Positions 25,741-36,602 of a DNA stretch of 64,000 nucleotides are shown one piece after another. Position numbers and translations under genes: made by a program. The stretch is taken from assembly GCA_031382385.1 (NCBI GenBank), contig JANMYS010000061.1:2403-66402 (forward strand). The letters run 5' to 3'. This stretch comes from Gemmatimonadota bacterium. Lineage in GTDB: Bacteria > Gemmatimonadota > Gemmatimonadetes > Gemmatimonadales > GWC2-71-9. The notes beneath the pieces were generated by a model. It saw only the letters and a program-made list of their open reading frames with translations. It was not told the origin of the DNA and made no database searches. Each line of letters begins with the position of its first letter. Position 1 is the stretch's first letter.

Positions 25741-26931
25741 ATGCGTACCTGGCACATTACGGTGGTGATCGGCCTGGGCCTGTCCCTGCTCCCGATTGTC
25801 CCCCTGCAGGCGCAGCGAGCCCAGCTCCAGGTCTCGATCGATTCGCTCGTGGCCCGCGCCGCCCGTGATTCCAACGATGCGCCGGCACAGTACGAGCTGG
25901 CGCTGGCCTACTGGGTCAAGCACAAGTACGACCTCGCCGAGCAGCAGCTGCGTCGGGCGATTCTGATCGAACCCAAGACTGCGCAGGCCTACCTCGCCCT
26001 CTCGTATCTTCCCTATGCCCGGCGCCCGAAGCTGTGGGACGAAGAGGACAACGGGAAAGTCCCCCCGGAGTGGGCGGCGGCGGTGGAGGAGGCGTGGGGC
26101 TTTCGCCGGCGCGCCTTCCTGCTGGATCCGCTGGTGGACCTCAAGCCGCTCGCCCTGATGATTCCCCCCGCCGAAGTGCTGCATCTCGGGAGGAGCTCCT
26201 CGGCGGTGTACACCTACATCATGAACGGATTCGGCAGCTTCTGGGACGGGCAGTACGCGCGGGCCTATCAGTTCTTCCACGACATCACCGGCAAGGACAC
26301 CGACGCGGATCGGCAGAAGTACGCCGGCTGGTTTCTCTGGTACGAGGCGCTCGCCGCCGCGCACACCGGCGACTTCCCCCGCGCCATCACCAACATCCAG
26401 CTCCTGCTCGACCGTGCCGCGGCGGACGCCGAGCAGAGCGGCGGCGCGACGCTCGCCTTCTCGTCGGCCAATCACTACCGCTATGCCCTGGCCTGCATCC
26501 AGGAGGCTTCCGGTCGCAGCCCAGAGGCCATCGCCCTGCTGCAGGAAGCGCTGACGGTCGACGCCGGCCTGTACATGGCTCATGTGCGCCTCGCCGGCAT
26601 CTACGATGAGCAGCATCGGACCGGCGCCGCGCTGGAGGAACGCCGCCGGGCCGTCGCCGCGAACCCCGAGGATCCCTCGCTCCTGTTCGACCTCGGGGAG
26701 GCCCTCGCCCGCGCCGGCGAAGCGGAGGAGGCAGAGACGGTGCTCGGTCAGGCGGTGGCGGCCAATCCCCGCAATGTGCGCGCGCTGTACGTGCTGGGCT
26801 TCGTCGCCAGGCAGATGGGACACACCGCCGCTGCCCGGAATGCCTACGGCCGCTTCATCGAGCTGGCGCCGAGCCGGTTTGAGGACCAGAAGGTCGAGGC
26901 CCGCAAGCGGATCGAGGCACTGGGTTCCTGA
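25741..26931 (+). CDS. secreted TPR-repeat protein, paralog 2 of 3
   Basis: Signal peptide, GGGAGAAG SD-like box upstream, and the same conserved blocks as paralogs 1 and 3. Confidence 0.8.
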   Translation: MRTWHITVVIGLGLSLLPIVPLQAQRAQLQVSIDSLVARAARDSNDAPAQYELALAYWVKHKYDLAEQQLRRAILIEPKTAQAYLALSYLPYARRPKLWDEEDNGKVPPEWAAAVEEAWGFRRRAFLLDPLVDLKPLALMIPPAEVLHLGRSSSAVYTYIMNGFGSFWDGQYARAYQFFHDITGKDTDADRQKYAGWFLWYEALAAAHTGDFPRAITNIQLLLDRAAADAEQSGGATLAFSSANHYRYALACIQEASGRSPEAIALLQEALTVDAGLYMAHVRLAGIYDEQHRTGAALEERRRAVAANPEDPSLLFDLGEALARAGEAEEAETVLGQAVAANPRNVRALYVLGFVARQMGHTAAARNAYGRFIELAPSRFEDQKVEARKRIEALGS

Positions 26932-27001
26932 GGGGTACACACCCGGCGGTAGTCAGGCGCCGCCGGTACCGGTATTCGTCGCCTGCCTGGGAGACAGTCC
27001 C

Positions 27002-28150
27002 GTGACCCTGCACCGCTGGTACCGCCGCGTGCTGTTCGGCGTCGTCCTCGTCGCCAGTCCGCTCCAGGCGCAGAAGATCAAGCTGACCGTGCCGGTGCCG
27101 GAGCTGGAGGCGCGCGCCCAGCGTGATTCCAACGATGCCGCGGCGCACTACAATCTCGCGATGGGGTACCTCAGCAAGGACCGCTTTGGTGCGGCGGAGG
27201 CCTCCCTGCGGCAGGCCATCGCACTGGACCCGCAGTTTGCCGAGGCCTACCTCGCCCTGTCGATCGCCCACGAGAAGGATGGGGACTTCTGGCGGGCGAA
27301 GCGCAAGGCGGGCCCGGACAGCGTTCGCGCGGCCATCCGGGAGCTCGACCGGCAATACACCAAGGCCTTTCTCCTCGACCCGCTGGTGGACGTGCGGATC
27401 CTCGGCAGCATCGTCTGGCTCCGGCCCTGGGGGGAGTTCGCGAGCGGGCTCAAGGACTTCGTCGAAGGCAAGTACCCCACTGCTTATACCCACTTCAGCA
27501 ATGAGGTGCGGCATCAGCAGAAGGGCGGGAAACTCGAGGACGTTCCGCAGGTGCTGCTCTGGTTTCGCTCCCTTGCGGCGGCGCACAGTGAACTTCCCGA
27601 CTCCGCCGCGGCGGACCTGCAGGCCCTCGTCGCGCGGACCGAGCGGCAGGTGGCGGTGGATTCCGCCCCCGACGACGCCCCGCTCCGCGCCAACGAGTAC
27701 CGGTACATGCTGGCCGCGATCCGGCAGCGTCAGGGCCGCACCGCGGAGGCCACCGAGCTGTACCACCAGGTGATCACCGCCGACATCGGCAACTACATGG
27801 CGCATGTGCAGCTGGCGCGGATGTACGAGGCCGCACGCGACTTCCCGCGTGCGGTGCAGGAGCGGATGAGCGCCGTGGACGCCAATCCCGACGACCCCAG
27901 CCTGCTGCTCGACCTCGGCGTGACGCTGGGCAAGGCCGGCATGCTGCCGCAGGCGGAGACGCGGCTCAAGCTCGCCAGCGAGGCCAATCCGCGCGACCCG
28001 CGCGCCTTCTACTGGCTGGGACTCGCCCAGATGGATCTGGGCAAGAATGCCGAGGCCAAAGCGACGCTGTCCCGGTTCCTCGAACTTGCCCCCAGCCGGT
28101 ATGAGCACCAGATCTCAGTTGCCAGGGAACGCCTCACCCGGCTTCAGTAG
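27002..28150 (+). CDS. secreted TPR-repeat protein, paralog 3 of 3
   Basis: GTG 27002 gives VTLHRWYRRVLFGVVLVASPLQAQ (signal peptide), with GGGAGA upstream. The track's longer 26582 start overlaps paralog 2. Confidence 0.75.
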   Translation: MTLHRWYRRVLFGVVLVASPLQAQKIKLTVPVPELEARAQRDSNDAAAHYNLAMGYLSKDRFGAAEASLRQAIALDPQFAEAYLALSIAHEKDGDFWRAKRKAGPDSVRAAIRELDRQYTKAFLLDPLVDVRILGSIVWLRPWGEFASGLKDFVEGKYPTAYTHFSNEVRHQQKGGKLEDVPQVLLWFRSLAAAHSELPDSAAADLQALVARTERQVAVDSAPDDAPLRANEYRYMLAAIRQRQGRTAEATELYHQVITADIGNYMAHVQLARMYEAARDFPRAVQERMSAVDANPDDPSLLLDLGVTLGKAGMLPQAETRLKLASEANPRDPRAFYWLGLAQMDLGKNAEAKATLSRFLELAPSRYEHQISVARERLTRLQ

Positions 28151-28157
28151 GAGTCCC

Positions 28158-29720
28158 ATGCGCCGCATGCTTCGTCGTTCGTTCCTGCTCACCGCGCTCT
28201 GCCTCGCCGCCGCGCCGCGCACGCTGCTCTGCCAGACCGCGTCGTACGAGCAGCTCCAGACCTTCTCGAGCCTGCTCAACCAGATCCGGGTGAGCTATGT
28301 CGACTCGGTCTCGTACGCCGAACTGGTGCATGCCGCGATCGACGGCGTCCTCGCGTCGCTGGATCCCCACAGCCGGTTCGAGCGGCGGGTGGATGCGGAG
28401 CGCGAGATGGCGTACCAGACGGGTCAGCTGGCGGGCACCGGCATCGTGCTGGATGCGGTCGATGACGCCGTGACCGTGCTGTCGGTCCTGCCCCGCAGCA
28501 GCGGGGCGCGGGCCGGCATCGCCGCCGGCGATCGGCTGCTCGCCATCAACGACACCTCGATTGCCGGTCTCTCGATTGGGGAGGCGTCCAGCCGCATGAT
28601 CGGCGAGAAGGGCAAGAAGGTGCGGGTGCTCTTCGAGCGTGGCCCACGCTTCGACACCGACTCGATCCGGGTCCAGCTCAAGTTCGACAACCTCGAGGCC
28701 CGCTCGGTCAGCGCGACGGGGATGCTGGATGCGACGACCGGTTACCTCCGGCTCACCGGCTTCTACCTCAGCTCGGCGGAGGAAGTCGAGAAGGCGCTGA
28801 AGGATCTGAAGGGCAGGGGGGCCAAGCGGACGGTGTTCGATCTGCGGGGGAATCCCGGCGGCGTGGTGGTCGCGGCGGTCCAGATTGCCTCGCTCTTCCT
28901 CCCCGACACCACCCTGGTCTTCCGGACCGAGGGCCGGCGGCGCCTCGCCAATGAGTCCTATCGGACCCGGAAAGCCGGCGCATTCCGCGACCTGCCGCTG
29001 CTGGTGCTCATCGACGAGGGCAGCGCCAGCGCCTCCGAGGCTCTCGCCGGTTCGCTCCAGGATCACGATCGCGCCCTCCTGATCGGCCGCCGCAGTTTCG
29101 GCAAGGCGCTGATGCAGCAGGCCTTTCCCATTCCGCCGCAGGGCGATCTCGTCTGGCTCACCACCGGCCGCGTGGTGACCCCAAGTGGCCGCGTGATCCA
29201 GCGGTCCTACCGCGGCCTCAAGGCGGCGCAGTACTACAGCTTCGCCGGGGTGAGCGGCCTGGGCCAGGATACCCTCACCGTCTTTCGCACCGATGCCGGC
29301 AGGGCGGTCCGCGGTGGCGGCGGGATCGTGCCGGATATCGTCCTGCCGCCGAGCACCGAACTGCCCGGCTGGTGGGGCGTCGCCGCGGACAGCGGGTGGT
29401 ATGAGGCGATCGCCGACAGCGTCGCCGTGCTGCTGCCCCACGAACCTGCGGTCTGGACCCGCTGGCTCGACGCCCGGGACGAATGGCACACCAGGCTCTT
29501 CGAGCCATTCTTCAACCGGGTGCAGACCCGGTTACACGTGACCGCTGCCGCCGACACGGCCGTGCAGGCGGTGGTCAGCCGCGTGCTGGCCCGTCGCGTC
29601 GTCGAGGTGCGCTGGGGTCCGGAGGCGGCCGACGAGTTCTATCTGCACAACAGCCCCGATATCCGCGCGGCGCAGGGGTACTGGGACCGGGCACCGGCGC
29701 TGTTGTCGCCCCCGCGATAG
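28158..29720 (+). CDS. S41 family (C-terminal processing / tail-specific type) peptidase
   Basis: Signal peptide MRRMLRRSFLLTALCLAAAP, PDZ-like segment (GDRLLAINDTSIAG), DLRGNPGG and IDEGSASASE. AGGAG lies 5 nt upstream of the ATG. Confidence 0.85.
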   Translation: MRRMLRRSFLLTALCLAAAPRTLLCQTASYEQLQTFSSLLNQIRVSYVDSVSYAELVHAAIDGVLASLDPHSRFERRVDAEREMAYQTGQLAGTGIVLDAVDDAVTVLSVLPRSSGARAGIAAGDRLLAINDTSIAGLSIGEASSRMIGEKGKKVRVLFERGPRFDTDSIRVQLKFDNLEARSVSATGMLDATTGYLRLTGFYLSSAEEVEKALKDLKGRGAKRTVFDLRGNPGGVVVAAVQIASLFLPDTTLVFRTEGRRRLANESYRTRKAGAFRDLPLLVLIDEGSASASEALAGSLQDHDRALLIGRRSFGKALMQQAFPIPPQGDLVWLTTGRVVTPSGRVIQRSYRGLKAAQYYSFAGVSGLGQDTLTVFRTDAGRAVRGGGGIVPDIVLPPSTELPGWWGVAADSGWYEAIADSVAVLLPHEPAVWTRWLDARDEWHTRLFEPFFNRVQTRLHVTAAADTAVQAVVSRVLARRVVEVRWGPEAADEFYLHNSPDIRAAQGYWDRAPALLSPPR

Positions 29721-29783
29721 TCCCCGTTGCCCACTGGCGGTCCCGCCCTTCCGCGCGGTCCCTCCGGGCGCGATTATTCGCCC

Positions 29784-31910
29784 ATGGCCTCTCGCACCCG
29801 CCCGCTCCCGAAGACCGCCCGAACGCTGGGCAAGCCCGACCTCCTCGACATCTACCGGCTGATCTACCTCTCGCGCCGCATCGACGACCGCGAGATCCAG
29901 CTCAAGCGGCAGAACCGGATCTACTTCCAGATCTCCGGTGCCGGGCACGAAGGTGTCCTGGCTGCGGCGGCAAAGGTCTTCCGTCCCAGCTACGACTGGT
30001 TCTACACCTACTATCGCGACCGCGCGCTCTGCCTCGGGCTCGGCATGACGGCGACGGAGATGCTCTTCTCCGCGGTCGGTGCGGCGGACGATCCGAACTC
30101 CGGCGGCCGCCAGATGCCGTCGCACTTCGGTCACAAGGATCTGAACATCGTCAGCGCCTCGAGCCCCACCGGGACCCAGTTTCTCCAGGCCGTCGGTTGC
30201 GCCGAGGCGTGGCTGCGCTACTCCCGGGTGCAGGGGATGGCCGATGGTGTGAGCGGTCCGCATGGCGATGAAGTGGTGTTCTGCTCGTCGGGCGACGGGA
30301 CCACCAGCGAGGGCGAGTTCTGGGAGGCGATGAACTCCGCCTCGAACCTGAAGCTGCCGGTCGTCTTCCTGATCGAGGACAACGGCTACGCCATCAGCGT
30401 CCCGGTGGAGGTCAACACCGCGGGTGGGTCGATCTCAAAGCTGGTCGCGTCGTTCCCGGATCTGTACATCGAAGAGGTTGACGGCTGCGATCCTGTGGCG
30501 TCCTTCGAGGTGCTGAGCCGCGCGGTGGAGTATTGCCGGGCGCGGAAGGGTCCCGCCCTGGTCCACGCCAAGGTCATCCGGCCCTACAGCCATTCGCTGT
30601 CGGATGATGAGGTGCTTTACCGGCCCGGGAGCGAGCGAGATGAGGATGCCAAGCGCGATCCGCTGACCCGCTTCCCCGCCTGGCTGCTGGAGCAGGGGAT
30701 CGCCACCGGCCCGGAGCTCGAGGCGATTCGGCACCAGGCCGATGAAGAGGTGAGTCTCGCCGCGGAGACCGCGCTCGCCTCCCCGCAGCCGGCGACCAGC
30801 ACGATTTACGATTTCGTCTACTCGCCCGATGTCGACCCGACGTCGGAGCAGTTCGACACCGAGGATGATCCGCGCTTCAGCGGCGACCCCACCACGATGG
30901 TCGACCTGCTCAACAGCTGCCTCAAGGACGAGATGACGCGGGATCCGCGCATCATCGTCTTCGGCGAGGATGTCGCCGATGCGAGCCGGGAGGCGTCGCT
31001 GGAGACAGTGAAGGGGAAGGGCGGCGTCTTCAAGGTCACCTGGGGACTGCAGCGGGCCTTCGGCGGCGACCGGGTGTACAACTCGCCCCTCGCGGAGGCC
31101 AACATCGTCGGCCGGGCGATCGGTCTGGCGACGCGGGGTCTCAAGCCGGTCGTGGAGATCCAGTTTTTCGACTACATCTGGCCGGCGTACATGCAGATCC
31201 GCAACGAGCTGGCGCTGATGCGCTGGCGCTCGAACAACGCCTTCGCCTCGCCGGTCGTCATCCGGGTGACGTACGGTGGCTACCTCAAGGGTGGCGCCGT
31301 GTACCACTCCCAGACCGGTGCGGCGATCTTCACCGGCATTCCCGGCCTGCGCGTCGTCTGTCCCGCGACGGCGCTGGATGCCAACGGCCTCCTCCGCACC
31401 GCGATCCGGTGCGAGGATCCGGTGCTCTTCCTCGAGCACAAGCATCTCTATCGCCAGACCTACAACAAGGCGCCGAATCCGGGGCCGAACTTCATGATCC
31501 CGTTCGGCAAGGCGAGGGTCGTCCGCGAAGGGACCGACCTCACGGTGATCACCTATGGCGCGGTGGTGCAGCGCACCCTGGTGGCGGCCAAGGACGTGGA
31601 GGAGAAATACGGCTTGTCGGTCGAGGTGATCGACCTCCGCTCGCTCGCTCCGGTGGACTGGGAGACCGTCCTCGCGTCGGTGCGGAAGACGAGCCGGGTG
31701 ATCGTGGCCTACGAGGATTCACTGTCGTGGGGCTACGGCTCGGAGATCGCGGCGCGGATCGCCGAGGAGGCGTTCGAGTGGCTCGATGCGCCGGTGCGTC
31801 GCGTGGCCGCCACCGATACGTTTGTGGCCTATGCGCCGGAGCTGGAGGATGTCATCCTGCCCCAGGTGGCGGATCTGCGGCAGGCGATGGAGGAAATCGC
31901 AGGGTATTGA
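29784..31910 (+). CDS. 2-oxoisovalerate (branched-chain 2-oxoacid) dehydrogenase E1, fused alpha-beta
   Basis: The N-terminal half has the TPP motif ([15 protein letters not shown]). The C-terminal half is transketolase-like E1 beta ([17 protein letters not shown]). Confidence 0.85.
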   Translation: MASRTRPLPKTARTLGKPDLLDIYRLIYLSRRIDDREIQLKRQNRIYFQISGAGHEGVLAAAAKVFRPSYDWFYTYYRDRALCLGLGMTATEMLFSAVGAADDPNSGGRQMPSHFGHKDLNIVSASSPTGTQFLQAVGCAEAWLRYSRVQGMADGVSGPHGDEVVFCSSGDGTTSEGEFWEAMNSASNLKLPVVFLIEDNGYAISVPVEVNTAGGSISKLVASFPDLYIEEVDGCDPVASFEVLSRAVEYCRARKGPALVHAKVIRPYSHSLSDDEVLYRPGSERDEDAKRDPLTRFPAWLLEQGIATGPELEAIRHQADEEVSLAAETALASPQPATSTIYDFVYSPDVDPTSEQFDTEDDPRFSGDPTTMVDLLNSCLKDEMTRDPRIIVFGEDVADASREASLETVKGKGGVFKVTWGLQRAFGGDRVYNSPLAEANIVGRAIGLATRGLKPVVEIQFFDYIWPAYMQIRNELALMRWRSNNAFASPVVIRVTYGGYLKGGAVYHSQTGAAIFTGIPGLRVVCPATALDANGLLRTAIRCEDPVLFLEHKHLYRQTYNKAPNPGPNFMIPFGKARVVREGTDLTVITYGAVVQRTLVAAKDVEEKYGLSVEVIDLRSLAPVDWETVLASVRKTSRVIVAYEDSLSWGYGSEIAARIAEEAFEWLDAPVRRVAATDTFVAYAPELEDVILPQVADLRQAMEEIAGY

Positions 31911-31952
31911 GGCCGCGGCTCACACGACCAGGCCAGCGAGTATCTGCCCGCA

Positions 31953-31989
31953 GCGCCGGACCGCACTCAGCGGCCCGGCGCTTTCTTTG
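31953..31989 (+). terminator. intrinsic terminator candidate after the E1 dehydrogenase gene
   Basis: 12-bp stem GCGCCGGACCGC / GCGGCCCGGCGC with 1 mismatch and loop ACTCA, followed by TTTCTTTGG. Confidence 0.6.
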
Positions 31990-31998
31990 GCGGAAGGC

Positions 31999-33537
31999 TC
32001 AGGCCGGCGTCCACAGCGGCGGGAGACCCGGCAGCCGCCGCAGGATACCTCCCACCGAACCGTCGGTGACCAGGCGAGTGGCCTGCTCGATATCGGGCGC
32101 CAGGTAGCGGTCCTGCGGCATCGCCGGGCAGCTGCGGCGCAGCAGCGCATGCACCTCCTCCAGCGGGGGCGAGGTGGTCAGCGGGCGCAGGAACTCGATC
32201 CCCTGCGCCGCGGCCAGCAGCTCGATGCCGATGATATGGGCCACGTTGTCGACCATCGGCTGCAGCCGGCGCGCGGCGAAGGTGGCCATCGAGACGTGAT
32301 CTTCCTGATTGGCGCTGGTGGGCAGGCTGTCCACGCTGGCGGGATGGGCCAGCGATTTGTTCTCGGAGGCCAGCGCCGCCGCCGTGACATGGGCGATCAT
32401 GAAGCCGGAGTTGAGCCCCGGATCGGCGGCGAGAAATGGCGGCAGCCGCGACACGCCGCTGTCGATGAGCATCGCGATGCGGCGCTCGCTGATCGCGCCG
32501 ACCTCGGCGATGGCCACCGCGCAGGCGTCCGCGGCGAGCGCGACCGGCTCCGCATGGAAGTTGCCGCCCGACACCAGCGTGTCGTCGGCGGCGAAGACCA
32601 GCGGGTTGTCGGTGACGGCGTTGGCCTCGCGCACCAGCACCAGCGCCGCGTGGCGCAGCTGATCGTGGCAGGCGCCCACCACCTGGGGCTGGCAGCGCAG
32701 GCAGTAGGGATCCTGCACCCGGTCGTCCCCCTCGAGGTGCGACCGACGGATGGCGCTGCTGGCGAGCAGGGCCCGGTAGTACTGGGCGACGTCGATCTGC
32801 CCCGGCTGGCCGCGCAGGACATGAATGCGCGGATCGAACGGCCCGTCACTACCGCGGGCGGCATCCACCGTCAGGGCGCCGACCACCAGCGCCGCTTCCA
32901 GGACCGCCTCGAATTGCAGCAACGCGTGCAGCGCCAGCGCGGTTGAGGTCTGGGTCCCGTTGATCAGGGCGAGGCCCTCCTTGGCGGTGAGCCGCAGCGG
33001 CGCAATTCCCGCCCGCTGCAACACCGGCCCCGCCGGCTCTCGCCGGCCGTCCACCAGCATTTCCCCTTCCCCCAGCAGCGCCAGCGTCATGTGGGCCAGC
33101 GGGGCAAGATCCCCAGAGGCGCCGACCGAGCCCTGCGACGGGATGTACGGCACCAGGCCGGCGTGGTAGGCGGCCAGCAGCGTGTCGATCACCACCTCGC
33201 GGACCCCGGAGTACCCCCGGGCGAGGCTCGCCGCCTTCAGCGCGAGCATGAGACGGACCACCGCGGGCGCGAGCGGCGCGCCCACTCCCACGCTGTGCGA
33301 CCGGATCAGGTTGAGCTGCAGGGTGTCGAGCTGCGCCGAGCTGATGCGCTGATTGGCCAGCTTGCCGAAGCCGGTGTTGACGCCGTACACCGGCGCATCG
33401 CCCGCGGCCGCACGCTGCACCACCTGCGCGCTGGCCCGGATCTCCTGGGTGGCCGATGCCGGCAGGGTGAGCCCGGTGCCATCGGCGTGGATGGTGCGCA
33501 GCTGATCCAGCGCAATCCGGCCAGGATTAATCAGCAT
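31999..33537 (-). CDS. hutH: histidine ammonia-lyase
   Basis: The MIO-forming region [14 protein letters not shown] is present. The ATG at the complement of 33535-33537 overlaps the hutU stop by 11 nt. Confidence 0.95.
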   Translation of the reverse strand: MLINPGRIALDQLRTIHADGTGLTLPASATQEIRASAQVVQRAAAGDAPVYGVNTGFGKLANQRISSAQLDTLQLNLIRSHSVGVGAPLAPAVVRLMLALKAASLARGYSGVREVVIDTLLAAYHAGLVPYIPSQGSVGASGDLAPLAHMTLALLGEGEMLVDGRREPAGPVLQRAGIAPLRLTAKEGLALINGTQTSTALALHALLQFEAVLEAALVVGALTVDAARGSDGPFDPRIHVLRGQPGQIDVAQYYRALLASSAIRRSHLEGDDRVQDPYCLRCQPQVVGACHDQLRHAALVLVREANAVTDNPLVFAADDTLVSGGNFHAEPVALAADACAVAIAEVGAISERRIAMLIDSGVSRLPPFLAADPGLNSGFMIAHVTAAALASENKSLAHPASVDSLPTSANQEDHVSMATFAARRLQPMVDNVAHIIGIELLAAAQGIEFLRPLTTSPPLEEVHALLRRSCPAMPQDRYLAPDIEQATRLVTDGSVGGILRRLPGLPPLWTPA

Positions 33538-35230
33538 CGGTCGCTCCCAGCATCGGCAGAGTGAGTCCCTGTTCACGGGCGCAGGCGCGGGCAATCGGGT
33601 ATCCGGCATCGGCATGGCGCATCACGCCGGTCGCCGGGTCGTTCCACAGGACCCGCTCGAGCCGCCGGTCCGCGGCCTCGGTGCCATCGCACACGATCAC
33701 GACGCCGGCGTGCTGCGAGTAGCCCATGCCGACACCGCCGCCGTGATGCAGCGAAACCCAGGTCGCGCCACTGGCGGTGTTCAGCAGCGCATTGAGCAGC
33801 GGCCAGTCGGAGACGGCGTCGGAGCCGTCCAGCATCGCTTCGGTCTCCCGATTCGGCGAGGCAACCGAACCGCTGTCCAGGTGATCCCGGCCGATCACGA
33901 TCGGCGCGGAGAGCTCGCCGCTGCGGACCATCGCGTTGAACGCCAGGCCGGCACGGTGCCGTTCTCCCAGTCCGATCCAGCAGATCCGCGCCGGCAGCCC
34001 CTGGAACGCGATCCGTTCCGCCGCCAGGTCGAGCCAGCGGTGCAGGTGGCCGTTCTCCGGGAACAGCTCCTTGATCTTCGCATCGGTCTTCCGGATGTCC
34101 TCCGGATCTCCGCTCAGCGCCACCCACCGGAACGGTCCCGTGCCGCGGCAGAACAGCGGTCGGATGTAGGCGGGAACGAACCCGGGAATGTCGAACGCCC
34201 GAGTCACGCCCGCGTCTTTGGCCACCTGCCGGATGTTGTTGCCGTAGTCCACCGTGGGAACGCCGAGTGTCTGGAACTCGAGCATCGCCTGGACATGCAC
34301 CGCGCAGCTCTGGGCCGCAGCCGCGCGGAGTGTGGCGTGCTGCGCACTATCGGCCTGCGCCGCCTGCCACCGCTCGACGCTCCAGCCCGATGGCAGATAG
34401 CCATGCACCAGGTCGTGGGCCGAGGTCTGATCGGTCACCAGGTCGGGCCGGATGCCGCCTTGCCGCGCCCGGCGCACCAGTTCGGGGAGCACATCGGCGG
34501 CATTGCCGAGCAGGCCGATGGAGACCGCCTTCTTCTCGCGGGTGTATCGCGCCAGGCGAGCCACGGCATCGTCGAGGTCGCTGGCCTGCTCATCGAGATA
34601 GCGGGTCTTGAGGCGGAAGTCGATTCGGGACTGCTGACATTCGATGGTGAGCGACGCGGCGCCGGCGATGCTCGCCGCCAGCGGCTGGGCGCCACCCATG
34701 CCGCCGAGCCCCGCGGTGAGGATCCAGCGGCCGGCGAGGTCGCCCCCATAGTGCTGGCGACCGGCCTCCACAAAGGTCTCGTAGGTGCCCTGCACGATGC
34801 CCTGACTGCCGATATAGATCCAGGAACCTGCCGTCATCTGCCCGTACATCATCAGGCCCTGACGATCCAGCGCATCGAAATGCTCCCACGTCGCCCACCG
34901 CGGCACCAGATTGGAGTTCGCGATCAGCACCCGCGGCGCATCGACATGGGTGCGGAAGACGCCGACCGGCTTTCCCGACTGCACCAGCAGCGTCTCGTCC
35001 TCCTGCAGCGCGCGCAGGGTTGTCAGCATCGCCTCGAAACAGTCCCAGTTGCGTGCCGCCTTGCCGATCCCGCCGTAGACCACCAGGGCAGCGGGATTCT
35101 CGGCGACTTCGGGATCAAGATTGTTCTGCAACATCCGGTAGGCGGCTTCGATCAGCCAGTTCCGGCAGCTGCGCTCGGTGCCGCGCGGAGCGCGTATCGG
35201 GCGAGGCTGGGCGGTGGGGCGATCGGGCAT
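33527..35230 (-). CDS. hutU: urocanate hydratase
   Basis: 567 aa with characteristic blocks [12 protein letters not shown] and [11 protein letters not shown]. Confidence 0.95.
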   Translation of the reverse strand: MPDRPTAQPRPIRAPRGTERSCRNWLIEAAYRMLQNNLDPEVAENPAALVVYGGIGKAARNWDCFEAMLTTLRALQEDETLLVQSGKPVGVFRTHVDAPRVLIANSNLVPRWATWEHFDALDRQGLMMYGQMTAGSWIYIGSQGIVQGTYETFVEAGRQHYGGDLAGRWILTAGLGGMGGAQPLAASIAGAASLTIECQQSRIDFRLKTRYLDEQASDLDDAVARLARYTREKKAVSIGLLGNAADVLPELVRRARQGGIRPDLVTDQTSAHDLVHGYLPSGWSVERWQAAQADSAQHATLRAAAAQSCAVHVQAMLEFQTLGVPTVDYGNNIRQVAKDAGVTRAFDIPGFVPAYIRPLFCRGTGPFRWVALSGDPEDIRKTDAKIKELFPENGHLHRWLDLAAERIAFQGLPARICWIGLGERHRAGLAFNAMVRSGELSAPIVIGRDHLDSGSVASPNRETEAMLDGSDAVSDWPLLNALLNTASGATWVSLHHGGGVGMGYSQHAGVVIVCDGTEAADRRLERVLWNDPATGVMRHADAGYPIARACAREQGLTLPMLGATDAD

Positions 35231-35266
35231 GGTGCGCTCCGGGTGGAGGGGGGCCGGGGGAGACTA

Positions 35267-35280
35267 CTTGTCTAGACAAG
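35267..35280. promoter_or_regulatory. perfect 14-bp palindrome CTTGTCTAGACAAG, candidate HutC operator
   Basis: It lies in the 74-bp hutU/hutC divergent gap. The half-site TGTCTA/TAGACA fits the GntR/HutC-type GT-n-TA-n-AC logic. Confidence 0.55.
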
Positions 35281-35304
35281 AATCGGCAAGTAGCATTCCG
35301 GCCC

Positions 35305-36009
35305 ATGGTCGCCATCGCGCCCTTTGCCAGGGTCAAGCACTTTCTGAAGCGGGAGCTGGGCCGGGGCCGGTGGCCCCCCGGCCGGCTCATGCCGTCCGAG
35401 GCGCAACTCGTGGCCCGCTTCGGCGTGAGCCGGATGACGGTCAACCGCGCCCTGCGCGAGCTGCAGGTCGAGGGGCTGATCGAACGGCGCCAGGGGATCG
35501 GCACCTTTGCCGCCCCGCTGCACCGGGTGTCGTCCACCCTCACCATCCGCGACCTGCACGACGAGATCACCGCGCGCGGTCACGCGCACCATGCCGTGGT
35601 GCATCTCGCTCGGCGGGAATCCGCCTCGGCGGCGGTGGCCGAGCGGCTGGGCGTGGCCCGGGATGCGGCGGTCTTTCACACCCTGATTGTGCACTTCGCC
35701 GACGCGGTCCCGGTGCAGTGCGAGGACCGCTTTGTCAATCCGGCCTGTGCCCCCGGTTACCTCGACGTTGACTTCACCCGCATCACACCCACCCATTACC
35801 TGCTCGAGGTGGCGCCGCTTTGGGAGGCGCAATACTCCATCGAGGCTGGCGTGCCGACCGCGCGCGAAGCTCGACTGCTCGGCATCGGTCGCCGCGATCC
35901 CTGCCTCATCGTGGTCCGGAGGACCGTCAGTCGCAGCGTGCCCATTACGATCGCACGCCTCGTCCATCCAGGGACCCGGTATCTCCTGCACGGGGAATTC
36001 AAGCCATGA
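35305..36009 (+). CDS. hutC: histidine utilisation repressor, GntR/HutC family
   Basis: wHTH LPSEAQLVARFGVSRMTVNRALRELQVEGLIERRQGIGTF plus a UTRA C-terminal domain. It is divergent from hutU, with a palindrome between them. Confidence 0.85.
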   Translation: MVAIAPFARVKHFLKRELGRGRWPPGRLMPSEAQLVARFGVSRMTVNRALRELQVEGLIERRQGIGTFAAPLHRVSSTLTIRDLHDEITARGHAHHAVVHLARRESASAAVAERLGVARDAAVFHTLIVHFADAVPVQCEDRFVNPACAPGYLDVDFTRITPTHYLLEVAPLWEAQYSIEAGVPTAREARLLGIGRRDPCLIVVRRTVSRSVPITIARLVHPGTRYLLHGEFKP

Positions 36010-36602
36010 GTGCGGCGAACGTGACCCTGCACGCTGTGCGCTGCGACGAGGTCGCGCCTCAGGCCTGGTGCAACGGCGGGGGCCGCACCCGCGAGCTGCT
36101 GGCCTGGCCCCAATCCGCGGACTGGCAATGCCGCATCAGCGTGGCGGATATCGAGCGCGACGGGCCGTTTTCATCGTTTCCCGGCGTGGATCGCTGGTTT
36201 GCGGTGGTGGAAGGCGCCGGGGTGCTGCTGCGACTGCCGGGTGGTGAGCACCGCCTGGACCGGGACAGCGCGGCACTGCACTTCACGGGCGAGTCGGCTC
36301 CGGATTGTCACCTGTTGCGCGGTCCCACCCGGGATCTCAACCTGATGAGTGTGCGCCGTGCGGGCCGCGCGTCAATGCAGCAGGCCCTGCCCGGCGTGCC
36401 ATGGATCGGCCGGGCCACGCTGCGTGCCCTGTTCAGCGCCGATCCGGTGACGCTGCGCTGTGCTGGGGCCGACCCGCTCCCCGTCGCGCCCTTCACGCTG
36501 GTCTGGGCCGAGGACGGTGCCGCGGGGAACTGGAGCATGGATTCCGCCGGAGACAATCCGAGCGCCTGGTGGCTGAGCTTCACGATCGGTTCTGACCGAT
36601 GA
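36006..36602 (+). CDS. hutD: HutD-family protein
   Basis: 198 aa, ATGA-overlapped with hutC. Its position and size match hutD as organised in Pseudomonas hutCD. The assignment rests mainly on context and general resemblance. Confidence 0.65.
   Translation: MSAANVTLHAVRCDEVAPQAWCNGGGRTRELLAWPQSADWQCRISVADIERDGPFSSFPGVDRWFAVVEGAGVLLRLPGGEHRLDRDSAALHFTGESAPDCHLLRGPTRDLNLMSVRRAGRASMQQALPGVPWIGRATLRALFSADPVTLRCAGADPLPVAPFTLVWAEDGAAGNWSMDSAGDNPSAWWLSFTIGSDR

Noticed and set aside
26582-27001. Longer 522-aa version of TPR paralog 3
   Set aside because: The extra 140 aa overlap the 3' end of paralog 2 out of frame. GTG 27002 yields a signal peptive-like N-terminus collinear with the other two paralogs and has a GGGAGA box upstream.
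35020-35304. Longer 329-aa version of hutC starting at 35020
   Set aside because: The extension overlaps the hutU 5' end on the other strand and is Arg/Ser/Pro-rich. ATG 35305 gives a normal GntR N-terminus right after the palindromic operator.
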